Translations under genes and position numbers: made by a program
DNA from: Bacteroidota bacterium
Lineage (GTDB): Bacteria; Bacteroidota; Bacteroidia; Bacteroidales; UBA12077
DNA: 60,124 nt
Reading direction: 5' to 3'
Assembly: GCA_020049295.1 (NCBI GenBank)
Contig: JAIFLC010000032.1
Coordinates: forward strand, 1-60,124
The notes under the pieces: model-generated
What the model was told of the DNA's origin: nothing
Database searches by the model: none
Seen by the model: only the letters and a program-made list of their open reading frames with translations
Part shown: positions 46,875-56,884 of the stretch, piece by piece
How the letters are laid out: every line of letters begins with the position of its first letter
Position numbering within the stretch: the first letter of the stretch is position 1

Positions 46875-47840
46875 CTAAGAAAGGTTTAGTGATTTGGGTT
46901 TAATTAAATAAAAAGTTCCAACTACTGCCGGTATTGCAATATTAATAATCCATATAAAAAATGATGCAAGTACGATGCCCAGAATATTCTCCGAAAATAA
47001 TCCGATAAAAATAATTGCCAGCGAACCTCGTAAACCAAGCTCGAGTAAAGTAGTTGTAGGAATAATGGTCATAAATAAATAGGTTATGGATATTGAGACA
47101 AACCCTTCGAGTAGGTTAATATCTGCATTAAACAGGTTTAGTAATAAAAAAAACTGTAAGAAAAACACAAGGTATCGCAAGGTGCTCAGAAACAAAACAA
47201 ATGATAACGATTTTCCAGTTTCATTCGATAGGTATTGAATTTGTTCTGATTTTTTTTTCAGAAATGGGATTTTTATTAGCAAAGGAATTATTTTACGAAC
47301 ATTATAATAACTCCAAACTAAAAGTGCCAAAACAAGAAATAAAGCAATTGCCGAAAACTTATTAAAATATGTATTTATTTGAGTTTTATCAGGAAAAAAC
47401 AATAAAAAAAGTATAAATCCTCCAACACCCATAATAATGGTTGCAATGAATTGTGCCAAACTTCCAATTGCTGACGCAAAAGCTCCGGAAGTTCTTTTAC
47501 CTTTTTCCAAAAATGCAATTCTTCCACCAATTTCGCCCACGCGGTTTGGTGTAAACACTCCAACGGTAATACCGACCAATACTGCTTTAAAAGAATTTGT
47601 AAATGAAAAATGCTGAATTTTATGAATTAACATTTGCCATTTATATGTTTCAATGGCCCAGTTTACAACCATCAACATCAATATAACAAATAAAAAAAAG
47701 AAGGATAATGGTGTTGTTAAAAATTGCCTGAAATCAAATGATTTAAGTTCCTCAAAATGAATTATTTTATACGTGATAAAACCATAAGAGAGGATTAAAA
47801 CGATGGTTATTATAACATATCGTAGAAGCTTGGAATTCAT
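46875..47840 (-). CDS. Lysylphosphatidylglycerol-synthase-TM-region-like (UPF0104/flippase-like) membrane protein
   Basis: 321 aa, 8 TM segments, TPNRVGEIGGRI motif typical of PF03706-type proteins. Confidence 0.6.
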   Translation of the reverse strand: MNSKLLRYVIITIVLILSYGFITYKIIHFEELKSFDFRQFLTTPLSFFFLFVILMLMVVNWAIETYKWQMLIHKIQHFSFTNSFKAVLVGITVGVFTPNRVGEIGGRIAFLEKGKRTSGAFASAIGSLAQFIATIIMGVGGFILFLLFFPDKTQINTYFNKFSAIALFLVLALLVWSYYNVRKIIPLLIKIPFLKKKSEQIQYLSNETGKSLSFVLFLSTLRYLVFFLQFFLLLNLFNADINLLEGFVSISITYLFMTIIPTTTLLELGLRGSLAIIFIGLFSENILGIVLASFFIWIINIAIPAVVGTFYLIKPKSLNLS

Positions 47841-47959
47841 AAATTATTTACCAAATGTGAATTTCAAAGATACTATTTATTTGAATTTGACTTAAGTTTT
47901 TCGATCTTTACCTAGGAAAGTTCAAAGTTATAAGTTTAAAGTTAAAAGTTAATTTTACC

Positions 47960-48733
47960 ATGAGTTATGTTAGGCCAAAGAAGAGTTTAGGACAGCATTT
48001 TTTAAAAGACCAGAATATTGCCCGTAAAATTGTTGGGGCATTGGATCATTGTTCGCAAAAAACAGTGCTCGAAATTGGTCCGGGAACAGGAGTGCTTACT
48101 TCCGTTTTGCTTGCCGACCAAAAATTTGTTGTACATGCTATCGAGGTTGATACGGAAGCATTTGAATTTCTTAAAATCAATTTCCCTCAACTTGAGAATC
48201 GATTAATGTTGGCAGATTTTCTTAAGATCAATATTCGTGATTTTTTTACCGAACCATTAACTATTATTGGTAATTTCCCATACAATATTTCGAGCCAGAT
48301 ATTTTTTAAAGTACTCGAAAATCGCGATCTGGTTTTGGATGTTGTTTGCATGATTCAGAAAGAGGTCGCCGATAGAATTAAATCATCACATGGAAACAAA
48401 ACCTATGGCATATTGAGTGTTTTTTTACAGGCTTTTTATAATATTGAATACCTTTTTACTGTTGGTCCAAAAGTATTTGATCCACCACCAAAAGTAAATT
48501 CAGCGGTTATCCATCTAAAAAGAAATAGCAGAAAAGCTCTGGGATGTAATGAGGAATTCTTCTTTAAAGTTGTAAAGCTCGGGTTTAATCAACGAAGAAA
48601 AACGTTGCGTAACTCATTAAAAAGTATTTTAGTAAATTTGCCTACAGATCATGAAATATATAATAAACGACCCGAGCAATTAAGTGTTGATGAGTTTATA
48701 TTTCTCACCAATTTGATAGAACAGAATATTTAA
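47960..48733 (+). CDS. rsmA: 16S rRNA (adenine1518/1519-N6)-dimethyltransferase RsmA/KsgA
   Basis: 257 aa. GQHFL, VLEIGPGTGVLT and GNFPYNISS motifs. Confidence 0.95.
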   Translation: MSYVRPKKSLGQHFLKDQNIARKIVGALDHCSQKTVLEIGPGTGVLTSVLLADQKFVVHAIEVDTEAFEFLKINFPQLENRLMLADFLKINIRDFFTEPLTIIGNFPYNISSQIFFKVLENRDLVLDVVCMIQKEVADRIKSSHGNKTYGILSVFLQAFYNIEYLFTVGPKVFDPPPKVNSAVIHLKRNSRKALGCNEEFFFKVVKLGFNQRRKTLRNSLKSILVNLPTDHEIYNKRPEQLSVDEFIFLTNLIEQNI

Positions 48734-48750
48734 TCTTCAATTCGGAAAAT

Positions 48751-50118
48751 ATGGCAATGCAATTTGAATTAACACGTGAATTTTTGGAGAAACTCCGAAT
48801 TCACATTGACAAAAAAGAAGAAGCTGCAGCTTTCGATATGGTTAACGATTTGCACCCTGCCGACATTGCTGAAATTTATGATGAACTCGAGATTGAAGAA
48901 ACGAAATTCTTGCACGATTTACTTGATGATGAAAAAGCAGCTGATGTTTTTATTGAACTCGAAGATGATGATCGTGAACGATTTCTTGATGCCCTGCCTA
49001 GTGAAGAGATTGCAAAACAGTTAATTGATAACATGGATTCTGATGATGCTGCCGATATTATTGGCGATTTATCAGAAGAAAAGCAAGAAGAGGTTATTTC
49101 TTATATTCAGGATCTTGAGCAAGCCGGAGATATTGTCGATCTTTTAAATTATGATGAGGATACTGCCGGTGGTTTAATGGCCAAGGAGCTTATTACGGTG
49201 AACGAAAACTGGACTATGCCCACTTGCCTTAAAGAAATGCGGCGACAAGCAGCTGAGGTAGATGAAGTTTATTATGTATATGTGGTTGATGATAATAATG
49301 TTTTAAAAGGAACTCTTTCATTAAAAAGAATGCTTTTAGCATCCACAAATGCAAGCATAAAAAGCATTTTAAATAAGGATATCATTTCAGTAAAGACTGA
49401 CACAAAATCGGAAGAAGTTGCCAATATTATGGAAAAATATGATCTGGTTGCATTACCTGTTGTTGATGCCATAGGACGACTTGTGGGTAGGATAACCATT
49501 GACGATGTTGTTGATGTTATGCGCGAAGAGGCAGAACGCGATTATCAATTGGCATCTGGTATTACCGAAGATGTTGAACATAGCGATAGCGCATGGTTGC
49601 TTACCCGTGCAAGAATTCCCTGGCTATTTATTGGTTTGTTTGGCGGTATTATTGGCGCATTAGTAATTGGAAATTACGAAAATGATTTGGGCCTTTATCC
49701 ACAAATGGCGTTTTTTATTCCTCTTATTGCGGCTATGGGTGGAAATGTTGGCGTACAATCTTCGTCAATAATTGTTCAAGCCCTTGCTACTAATTCTTTG
49801 GGTTTTGAAAGCCTTGGCAGAAAACTTTCAAAAGAGCTTTTTGTTGCAAGTCTCAATGGTGTAATTCTATCGACAGTTATTTTTGCGTATAATTTCTTTT
49901 TCAGCGATAGTTTTGCTTTAACGATTACTGTTAGCACTGCTTTGTTTTCAGTAATTATTTTTGCCTCTTTGTTCGGAACATTTGTGCCAATGCTTTTAGA
50001 ACGTTTCAAAATTGATCCTGCTTTAGCTACCGGACCATTTATTACTACAGTTAATGATATTATGGGATTATTCTTATATCTTATGATTGGAAGGCTATTC
50101 TTTACAATTTTTACTTAA
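48751..50118 (+). CDS. mgtE: Magnesium transporter MgtE
   Basis: 455 aa. Acidic N domain, tandem CBS domains, and a C-terminal 5-TM domain with GGNVGVQSS and ATGPFITTVNDI. Confidence 0.9.
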   Translation: MAMQFELTREFLEKLRIHIDKKEEAAAFDMVNDLHPADIAEIYDELEIEETKFLHDLLDDEKAADVFIELEDDDRERFLDALPSEEIAKQLIDNMDSDDAADIIGDLSEEKQEEVISYIQDLEQAGDIVDLLNYDEDTAGGLMAKELITVNENWTMPTCLKEMRRQAAEVDEVYYVYVVDDNNVLKGTLSLKRMLLASTNASIKSILNKDIISVKTDTKSEEVANIMEKYDLVALPVVDAIGRLVGRITIDDVVDVMREEAERDYQLASGITEDVEHSDSAWLLTRARIPWLFIGLFGGIIGALVIGNYENDLGLYPQMAFFIPLIAAMGGNVGVQSSSIIVQALATNSLGFESLGRKLSKELFVASLNGVILSTVIFAYNFFFSDSFALTITVSTALFSVIIFASLFGTFVPMLLERFKIDPALATGPFITTVNDIMGLFLYLMIGRLFFTIFT

Positions 50119-50680
50119 AAACATTCCAATAATAAAGTAACAGAAAAATTAATGGAATAATTATTCCGGCTGAGGTTAACCAGGCTCCACGGCCAGTTAT
50201 TCCATTCTTACCCTTGAGTACAAATAATCCAGTTAAAGCAAGTAAAATTAATGATCCGGCAAAAATGTCAGAAAAAATTGTCCACCATTTACGCGGATTA
50301 TAATGTAAGTAGTTTACCTGATGAAATATCGGTCTTCGCTTTGATGTTTCAACAACACCTGATCCAGATTGGGTATCTAATTCAATGCTTCCGTCTTTAA
50401 TAAAAATCTTAAGAATATCTTCACTTGGGAAATAGTGGTTTTTATATTTTTCATCAGGTGCTATTTTTTTTAATAAACCCACAATATTTTCGCGAGAAAT
50501 ATCTTTAAAAGTCGTTGCCGAAACATCTGTTTTTATCTCCTTTGTTCGGATAATGTAATTTGGATTCCAGTCATCGATATGATTTAAGGCTATTCCTGAT
50601 AATCCATAAATAACGGTCATTGCAAAAAAGATATAACCTAAATCTCGGTGAAGGTCTCTATTAAGTTTTCGAATTTTCAT
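50111..50680 (-). CDS. PepSY-associated TM helix family protein (short form)
   Basis: 189 aa. N-terminal RKLNRDLHRDLGYIFFAMTVIYGLSGIALNH, and a second TM pair at the C-terminus. Confidence 0.65.
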   Translation of the reverse strand: MKIRKLNRDLHRDLGYIFFAMTVIYGLSGIALNHIDDWNPNYIIRTKEIKTDVSATTFKDISRENIVGLLKKIAPDEKYKNHYFPSEDILKIFIKDGSIELDTQSGSGVVETSKRRPIFHQVNYLHYNPRKWWTIFSDIFAGSLILLALTGLFVLKGKNGITGRGAWLTSAGIIIPLIFLLLYYWNVFK

Positions 50681-50743
50681 TGGGATTGAATAAAAAAGTC
50701 CGAAAAACTTTTTATTCTTCGGACCCTGATTAAATATTGAAAA

Positions 50744-51361
50744 TTATTTTTCAGCTACAATTGTTGTATCTTCTTTGTGTTCAGTACATTTATGTTCAGA
50801 ATCTGATTTTGCTGCACATTCTGTTGCTTCAACCTTAGTTGCTTCAATCCAGTATTGCGAAATATATCCTTTACCCGATTCAACAACTTCTTGTCGCATT
50901 TGAGCTATTTTTTCAATTTGGGTACTGTCAAGTTCTGCTTTATGCTCGCCATCGTGGTTTCCATCATGGGTGTGGGCTGCTTCATTCTCAACACCTTCCA
51001 TCATTTCTTTCTCCATTTCGGTTATATAAGTATCATCAATTCTTAGTTCTTTCACCTTTCCATAAACATGAACCATGCTTCCTTCAAGTTCTTTGCTAAA
51101 AACACCAATTTCTTCATTTGGAGTTACTTTAATTGCAACATCTGGGTTTTCAGCGATAAGAAACATCCGTTTACCACCGTGTGAACAAACATGACTTACT
51201 GTTCCACATACTAGAACATCTTTTTCGATGTAGTTATCGATACTATCCATTAACGCTTGAACAGAAATCTTTTTAGTATTGCATTCAGTTTCTTTTTGTT
51301 TTGTACCGCATGAATAAAGGATTGCTACAATAGCTAAAACTCCAACTAGTTTTTTTAACAT
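50744..51361 (-). CDS. Hypothetical lipoprotein with Cys/His-rich segments
   Basis: 205 aa. Lipobox ILYSC. CGTVSHVCSHGG, HTHDGNHDGEH and CAAKSDSEHKCTEH segments. Confidence 0.5.
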   Translation of the reverse strand: MLKKLVGVLAIVAILYSCGTKQKETECNTKKISVQALMDSIDNYIEKDVLVCGTVSHVCSHGGKRMFLIAENPDVAIKVTPNEEIGVFSKELEGSMVHVYGKVKELRIDDTYITEMEKEMMEGVENEAAHTHDGNHDGEHKAELDSTQIEKIAQMRQEVVESGKGYISQYWIEATKVEATECAAKSDSEHKCTEHKEDTTIVAEK

Positions 51362-51470
51362 AGGTTTATGATTTTTAATGGGTTAATAATTTAAAATTCC
51401 ATGCAAATATACAAATCAACTTTTAATAATCGATTGTTGAGATATTTTTAACATGATTTTAACATACAAA

Positions 51471-52757
51471 CTAAAATGTAGTATTTATCGCTTCTACTGG
51501 ATTTAGGTTTGCCGCAGCCCGAGCAGGAGCAAATCCTGAAATAATACCTATTATTGCCGAAATTCCAAGTCCAAGAATAATATTGCTTAGTGTAAGCGTG
51601 ATTTTAAATTCCATTTGTGTATTTGCATATAAGCTGCCGAAATATATAAGAATTAATCCTATTGCTCCACCAACAAGAGATAACATAACTGACTCAAAAA
51701 GAAATTGAAACAAAATGAAAAATCGTTTTGCTCCTAAAGCCTTTTGAATGCCGATAATATTTGTGCGTTCTTTTACGGAAACAAACATGATATTTGCTAT
51801 TCCAAATCCTCCTACTAAAATAGAGAAACCCCCAATTAGCCAACCAGCAAAATTAATTACTGCAAATATCTGATCGAGTGAAGATGTAAGTAAACTCGCC
51901 TGATTCAATGCAAAATTGTCTTTTTGTTTCGGATTTAACGTCCTTGTTGATCTGATTATATTTCTAATTTCGTCTTTAAGCTCATTAATAGCAACACCCG
52001 GTTTTCCTTTAACCATAATCATAGGGTTTACATTATCGCTTTTTATGTCAAGTATGTTTTTTGCATAATTTACAGGTAAAATAACCATTTCATCTAGTGA
52101 TCCTCCACTTCCGAGTATATCTTTGCCTTCTTTTCTAACAACACCAATTATGGTAACTTTTCGTCCCTGAATTTTTATTTCTTTCCCTATAGGGTCAATT
52201 CCTTCAAAGAGATTTTTAGTAACTTCATGCCCAATAAGGCAAATATTCTTACCTGCATTTGATTCAAAAGGAGTAAAATATCTTCCAGATTCTAGTTCAA
52301 AGGTTCTTATATTTTCGAATTCGTGAGAATTAGCCCAAATAACAACATTTTCGACTGTTTTATTTCTGTATTTAACATTTCGGAGTGTTGACACTGCAAA
52401 ATTTGCAGCTAATGATTTATCAGAATGTTTTTTAATTTGCTCATATTCTTTAATACTTGGGAGAGGTCTTTTCAGATATTCCCACCAGGCATATTCTTCT
52501 CCAGGAGGAGGTGTCCATGGCCATTTTTGAACATAAACGATATCATCGCCTAATGAAGAAAAACTATTTCTTATTGTACTTTCAAGTGCATCTAAAACCG
52601 TAAATACCGAAATAATGGCAAATATGCCAATTGTGATTCCAAGTAGAGTAAGCAATGTTCGTAAACGATTTACCTTCAACGCATTAAAGGCAAATACAAA
52701 ACTCTCCTTTATAAGATTAAGAATTAACATGATATCAGTTGATAATATTTTAAACAA
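51471..52757 (-). CDS. ABC transporter permease, MacB/FtsX type with a periplasmic domain
   Basis: 428 aa. TM1, then a periplasmic domain of about 230 aa, then three C-terminal TM helices (FtsX fold). No adjacent ATPase gene. The start may be the internal Met at about 52730. Confidence 0.75.
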   Translation of the reverse strand: MFKILSTDIMLILNLIKESFVFAFNALKVNRLRTLLTLLGITIGIFAIISVFTVLDALESTIRNSFSSLGDDIVYVQKWPWTPPPGEEYAWWEYLKRPLPSIKEYEQIKKHSDKSLAANFAVSTLRNVKYRNKTVENVVIWANSHEFENIRTFELESGRYFTPFESNAGKNICLIGHEVTKNLFEGIDPIGKEIKIQGRKVTIIGVVRKEGKDILGSGGSLDEMVILPVNYAKNILDIKSDNVNPMIMVKGKPGVAINELKDEIRNIIRSTRTLNPKQKDNFALNQASLLTSSLDQIFAVINFAGWLIGGFSILVGGFGIANIMFVSVKERTNIIGIQKALGAKRFFILFQFLFESVMLSLVGGAIGLILIYFGSLYANTQMEFKITLTLSNIILGLGISAIIGIISGFAPARAAANLNPVEAINTTF

Positions 52758-52921
52758 ATATACACATCCTAAGTTTTTTTTTTGCTGTATTATTTATATT
52801 TTCGAACAATTATTTAAATATGCATTTTCTAAGTAAGATATTAATCATTTACAAGTAGATTTTTGATTAATTTAATGCGTGTGATAGTTGGATTTATTAA
52901 ACAATCAATATAAAAAGATAA

Positions 52922-54448
52922 ATGAGCAATACTAAACAGATACAATCAGCCTTAATCTCTGTTTATGATAAAAGCAATTTGGAGCCAGTTATTGAAAAAC
53001 TCAAGTTACTAGATGTTAAAATATTTTCTACAGGTGGAACTAAAAGTTTTATTGAAAAGTTAGGTGTTTCAGTAACAGCGGTAGAGGATGTTACACAATA
53101 TCCATCCATACTAGGTGGTCGTGTAAAAACATTGCATCCCAAGATTTTTGGAGGAATTCTTGCCAGACGGGAAAACCCTTCCGATTTGTCTGAAATGAAA
53201 CAATATGATATTCCCAAGATCGATCTGGTAATTGTCGATTTATATCCTTTCGAATCAACTGTTGCATCAGGTGCTACAGATCAGGAAATAATAGAGAAAA
53301 TTGATATTGGAGGAATTTCTTTAATTCGAGCCGCAGCCAAAAATTTTGAGCACACATTAATAATTTCATCAAAAAACCAATACCAAAAATTAATTGATTT
53401 GCTTGAAATGCACAAAGGTTTATCAAGCCTCGCAGAAAGAAAACAATTTGCTGTTGAAGCGTTTAATGTTTCATCGCATTACGATACAGCAATTTTCAAG
53501 TATTTTAATAAAGATTTTTCGGTGCCCGCCTTTAAGCAAAGTATTCAAAATGGAGAAGAATTAAGGTATGGCGAAAATCCACATCAAAAAGGATTTTTTT
53601 ATGGAGATTTGAATGCTGTTTTTAATCAATTACATGGAAAGCAAATTTCGTATAACAATCTATTAGATATCGAAGCTGCTGTTCAGCTAATATCTGATTT
53701 TGATGAGGTTACTTTTACCATATTAAAGCATAACAATGCATGCGGAATTGCCTCTCGACCTATTCTTGTTGAAGCATGGAATGCAGCACTTGCAGGAGAT
53801 CCTGTTTCTGCTTTTGGAGGAATACTAATTACCAATAAAGAAATTGATAAAGATTCAGCTATTGAAATAAATAAAATCTTTTTTGAAGTAATTATTGCCC
53901 CTTCATATCAGGAAGAAGCTCTTAAAATTCTTAAGGAGAAAAAGAACAGGATTATCCTTATACAAAAACAAAAAGAATTTCCAGTAGTTCAGTTTAGATC
54001 TTTGCTTAATGGAGTTTTGGTTCAAGACAGGGATGTAAAGATTGAATCAGCTAAAGATATGACTGTGGTTACAAAAGTAGAGCCATTGCTGAAGGAAATA
54101 GAAGATATGATTTTTGCTAATAAAGTTGTTAAACATTCAAAATCAAATACCATTGTGTTGGTAAAGAATAAGCAGCTTTGTGCAAGTGGAGTGGGTCAAA
54201 CATCAAGAGTAGATGCATTAAAGCAAGCAATTACTAAAGCCAATAGTTTTAAGTTCGACTTAAACGGAGCAGTAATGGCCTCAGATGCTTTTTTCCCCTT
54301 TGCCGACTCAGTTGAAATTGCATACCAGGCAGGTATAAAATCAGTAATTCAACCCGGGGGTTCAGTAAAAGATCAGGAATCGATAGATTTTTGTAATAAT
54401 CATAATATAGGAATGGTATTTACAGGTACAAGGCATTTTAAACATTAA
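52922..54448 (+). CDS. purH: Bifunctional AICAR transformylase / IMP cyclohydrolase PurH
   Basis: 508 aa. ALISVYDK, GGRVKTLHPKIFGGIL, YGENPHQ and SNTIVL blocks. Confidence 0.95.
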   Translation: MSNTKQIQSALISVYDKSNLEPVIEKLKLLDVKIFSTGGTKSFIEKLGVSVTAVEDVTQYPSILGGRVKTLHPKIFGGILARRENPSDLSEMKQYDIPKIDLVIVDLYPFESTVASGATDQEIIEKIDIGGISLIRAAAKNFEHTLIISSKNQYQKLIDLLEMHKGLSSLAERKQFAVEAFNVSSHYDTAIFKYFNKDFSVPAFKQSIQNGEELRYGENPHQKGFFYGDLNAVFNQLHGKQISYNNLLDIEAAVQLISDFDEVTFTILKHNNACGIASRPILVEAWNAALAGDPVSAFGGILITNKEIDKDSAIEINKIFFEVIIAPSYQEEALKILKEKKNRIILIQKQKEFPVVQFRSLLNGVLVQDRDVKIESAKDMTVVTKVEPLLKEIEDMIFANKVVKHSKSNTIVLVKNKQLCASGVGQTSRVDALKQAITKANSFKFDLNGAVMASDAFFPFADSVEIAYQAGIKSVIQPGGSVKDQESIDFCNNHNIGMVFTGTRHFKH

Positions 54449-54469
54449 AAATTTAATAAATATAATATA

Positions 54470-55492
54470 ATGGGATTGTTTTCATTTTTTACACAAGAGC
54501 TCGCTATTGATTTGGGTACAGCAAATACAATTATCATTTGTAATGATAAGATTGTAGTTGATGAGCCATCGATTGTTGCTGTTGATCAGTTAACAGGAAA
54601 GCTAATTGCTATAGGTAACAAAGCACGTCAGATGCATGGTAAAACACACGTTAATATCCGTACAATTAGACCATTGAGAGATGGAGTTATTGCCGATTTT
54701 AACGCAGCTGAACAAATGATACGTGGTATGATTAAGATGATTAATAATAAGCCACAATTGTTTGCTCCTTCATTGCGCATGGTTGTTTGTATTCCTTCAG
54801 GCAGTACCGAGGTTGAGATGAGAGCTGTTCGCGACTCATCTGAACATGCTGGAGGCCGCGATGTATATATGATTTATGAACCAATGGCAGCGGCAATTGG
54901 AATGGGTATTGATGTAGAAGAACCTAAAGGAAGTATGGTTGTTGATATTGGTGGCGGAACTACCGAGGTTGCTGTTATTGCACTGGGTGGTATCGTATGC
55001 AACAAATCGATACGTATTGCAGGTGATGCTTTTACATCCGATATTCAAGCTTACATGCGTCATCAACATAATATTAAAATTGGCGAACGTACAGCCGAGG
55101 ATATTAAAATAAATGTAGGCTCATGTTTGCCTGAGCTGGATTCACCACCAGAAGATTACGTGGTTCGTGGTCCCAATATTATGACAGCAATGCCAGTCGA
55201 AATTCCTATTTCTTATCAGGAAATTGCTCATTGTTTGGATAAATCAATTTCAAAAGTTGAAACAGCTATTCTTGGTGTGTTGGAACAAACTCCTCCAGAA
55301 CTTTATGCCGACATTGTTAATGATGGAATTTTTCTTGCTGGAGGCGGTGCATTAATGCGAGGATTAGATAAACGATTGACCGATAAAATAGGTATACAGT
55401 TTAAGGTTGCCGAAGATCCATTACATGCCGTTGCACGCGGAACAGGTATTGCATTAAAAAATGTAGATAAGTTTACTTTCTTAATGCGATAG
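54470..55492 (+). CDS. mreB: Rod shape-determining protein MreB
   Basis: 340 aa. DLGTANT, DIGGGTTEVAV and GGGALMRGLD actin-fold motifs. Confidence 0.95.
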   Translation: MGLFSFFTQELAIDLGTANTIIICNDKIVVDEPSIVAVDQLTGKLIAIGNKARQMHGKTHVNIRTIRPLRDGVIADFNAAEQMIRGMIKMINNKPQLFAPSLRMVVCIPSGSTEVEMRAVRDSSEHAGGRDVYMIYEPMAAAIGMGIDVEEPKGSMVVDIGGGTTEVAVIALGGIVCNKSIRIAGDAFTSDIQAYMRHQHNIKIGERTAEDIKINVGSCLPELDSPPEDYVVRGPNIMTAMPVEIPISYQEIAHCLDKSISKVETAILGVLEQTPPELYADIVNDGIFLAGGGALMRGLDKRLTDKIGIQFKVAEDPLHAVARGTGIALKNVDKFTFLMR

Positions 55493-55520
55493 ATTCAAAT
55501 TTTTGTTGAGAGAATAGTTT

Positions 55521-56348
55521 ATGAGAAACTTACTTGATTTTCTGTTACGGATTCACTTTTTAATTTTATTCGTTATAATCGAAGTCTTTTCATTGATCTT
55601 GTTAGTTAATAATAATAATTTTCAACAAGCATCTCTGGTAAATTTTTCGAGGCAGATTTCAGGAAGATATTACGCACGAACTGCTAACCTAAAACAGTAT
55701 TTTTCGCTAGCCGAGCAAAATAGAAAGTTGGCAGAGGAAAATACCCGACTAATGAGTATTTTAGAATCGAAGTACAAAATTGAAAGCTCATCGGTCGAAA
55801 TAATTAGCGATACTATACATAATCAACAATATACATATGTTCCAGCGCAGATTATTAATAACTCTGTAAATAACAGACATAATTACTTGACTTTGAACAG
55901 AGGGTATTCTCATGGAATTAAACCCGAAATGGCTGTGATTTCACAAGATGGTGTAGTAGGTATAATAAAAGGGGTTTCAAAAAACTACTCAACAGTAATT
56001 TCAATGCTTAATCTCGATTATAAAATAAGTGCTAAATTAAAAAAGAATCAGTATTATGGGTCATTGTCATGGGATGGATTAAATTACCGATCTGTTATTC
56101 TGAATGAAATACCATTACATGCTGATATTCAATTAGGAGATACAATCGTTACAAGCGGATTTTCATCTATTTACCCCGAAGGATTAATGATAGGGACTAT
56201 CAGTGATTTTGAAGAAAAGTCAGGAAGCTTTTATAAAATTAAAGTGTTATTATCTGTCGATTTTAAAAGGTTGTATCATGTTTACGTAGTCGAAAATTTA
56301 TTAAGAGAAGAAAAATTAGATCTCGAAGAAAATCTAGTAGAGTTATGA
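55521..56348 (+). CDS. mreC: Rod shape-determining protein MreC
   Basis: 275 aa. N-terminal TM helix, coiled coil (LAEENTRL), beta-rich C-terminal domain. Positioned between mreB and mreD. Confidence 0.85.
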   Translation: MRNLLDFLLRIHFLILFVIIEVFSLILLVNNNNFQQASLVNFSRQISGRYYARTANLKQYFSLAEQNRKLAEENTRLMSILESKYKIESSSVEIISDTIHNQQYTYVPAQIINNSVNNRHNYLTLNRGYSHGIKPEMAVISQDGVVGIIKGVSKNYSTVISMLNLDYKISAKLKKNQYYGSLSWDGLNYRSVILNEIPLHADIQLGDTIVTSGFSSIYPEGLMIGTISDFEEKSGSFYKIKVLLSVDFKRLYHVYVVENLLREEKLDLEENLVEL

Positions 56349-56860
56349 TAAAACAAATTCCCCGATACATATTAAGCTTTTTCCTACTTGTACTGCTTCA
56401 AGTGTTAATCTTAAATAATATTCAATTGGGAGGATTTATTAATCCTTATGTCTATATTCTTTTTATACTTATTTTACCTTTTAATACTCCGAAGTGGCTA
56501 TTGTTGATACTTGGTTTTTTATTAGGTTTTTCTATCGATTTATTTACAAATACATTGGGAATGCATAGCTCAGCTTCAGTTTTTATTGCATTTCTGAGAC
56601 CTTTCGTTTTAAAAATTATATCGCCCCGCGATGGATATGAGTCAGAGACCTCTCCAACAGTGAGTTTTTATGGAATAAGTTGGTTTATCCAATATTCAAC
56701 TATTTTAGTTTTTGCACATCATCTAATTCTTTTTTATATCGAAGTATTTCGTTTCTCTGATTTTTTTATAACTCTATTAAGGATTATTCTTAGTTCGGTT
56801 TTAAGCTTATTAATAATTTTTATAAGTCAGTATTTCTATCGCAATAAATTAAGTAGATAG
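56345..56860 (+). CDS. mreD: Rod shape-determining protein MreD
   Basis: 171 aa, 5 TM segments, ATGA overlap with mreC, conserved position. Confidence 0.75.
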   Translation: MIKQIPRYILSFFLLVLLQVLILNNIQLGGFINPYVYILFILILPFNTPKWLLLILGFLLGFSIDLFTNTLGMHSSASVFIAFLRPFVLKIISPRDGYESETSPTVSFYGISWFIQYSTILVFAHHLILFYIEVFRFSDFFITLLRIILSSVLSLLIIFISQYFYRNKLSR

Positions 56861-56884
56861 GTTGGAGATAATTTATAGTATAAC

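Noticed and set aside
52758-52921. Possible purine riboswitch or other leader upstream of purH
   Set aside because: The sequence is AT-rich, lacks the conserved purine-riboswitch junction sequence and shows no stable multi-stem structure by eye.
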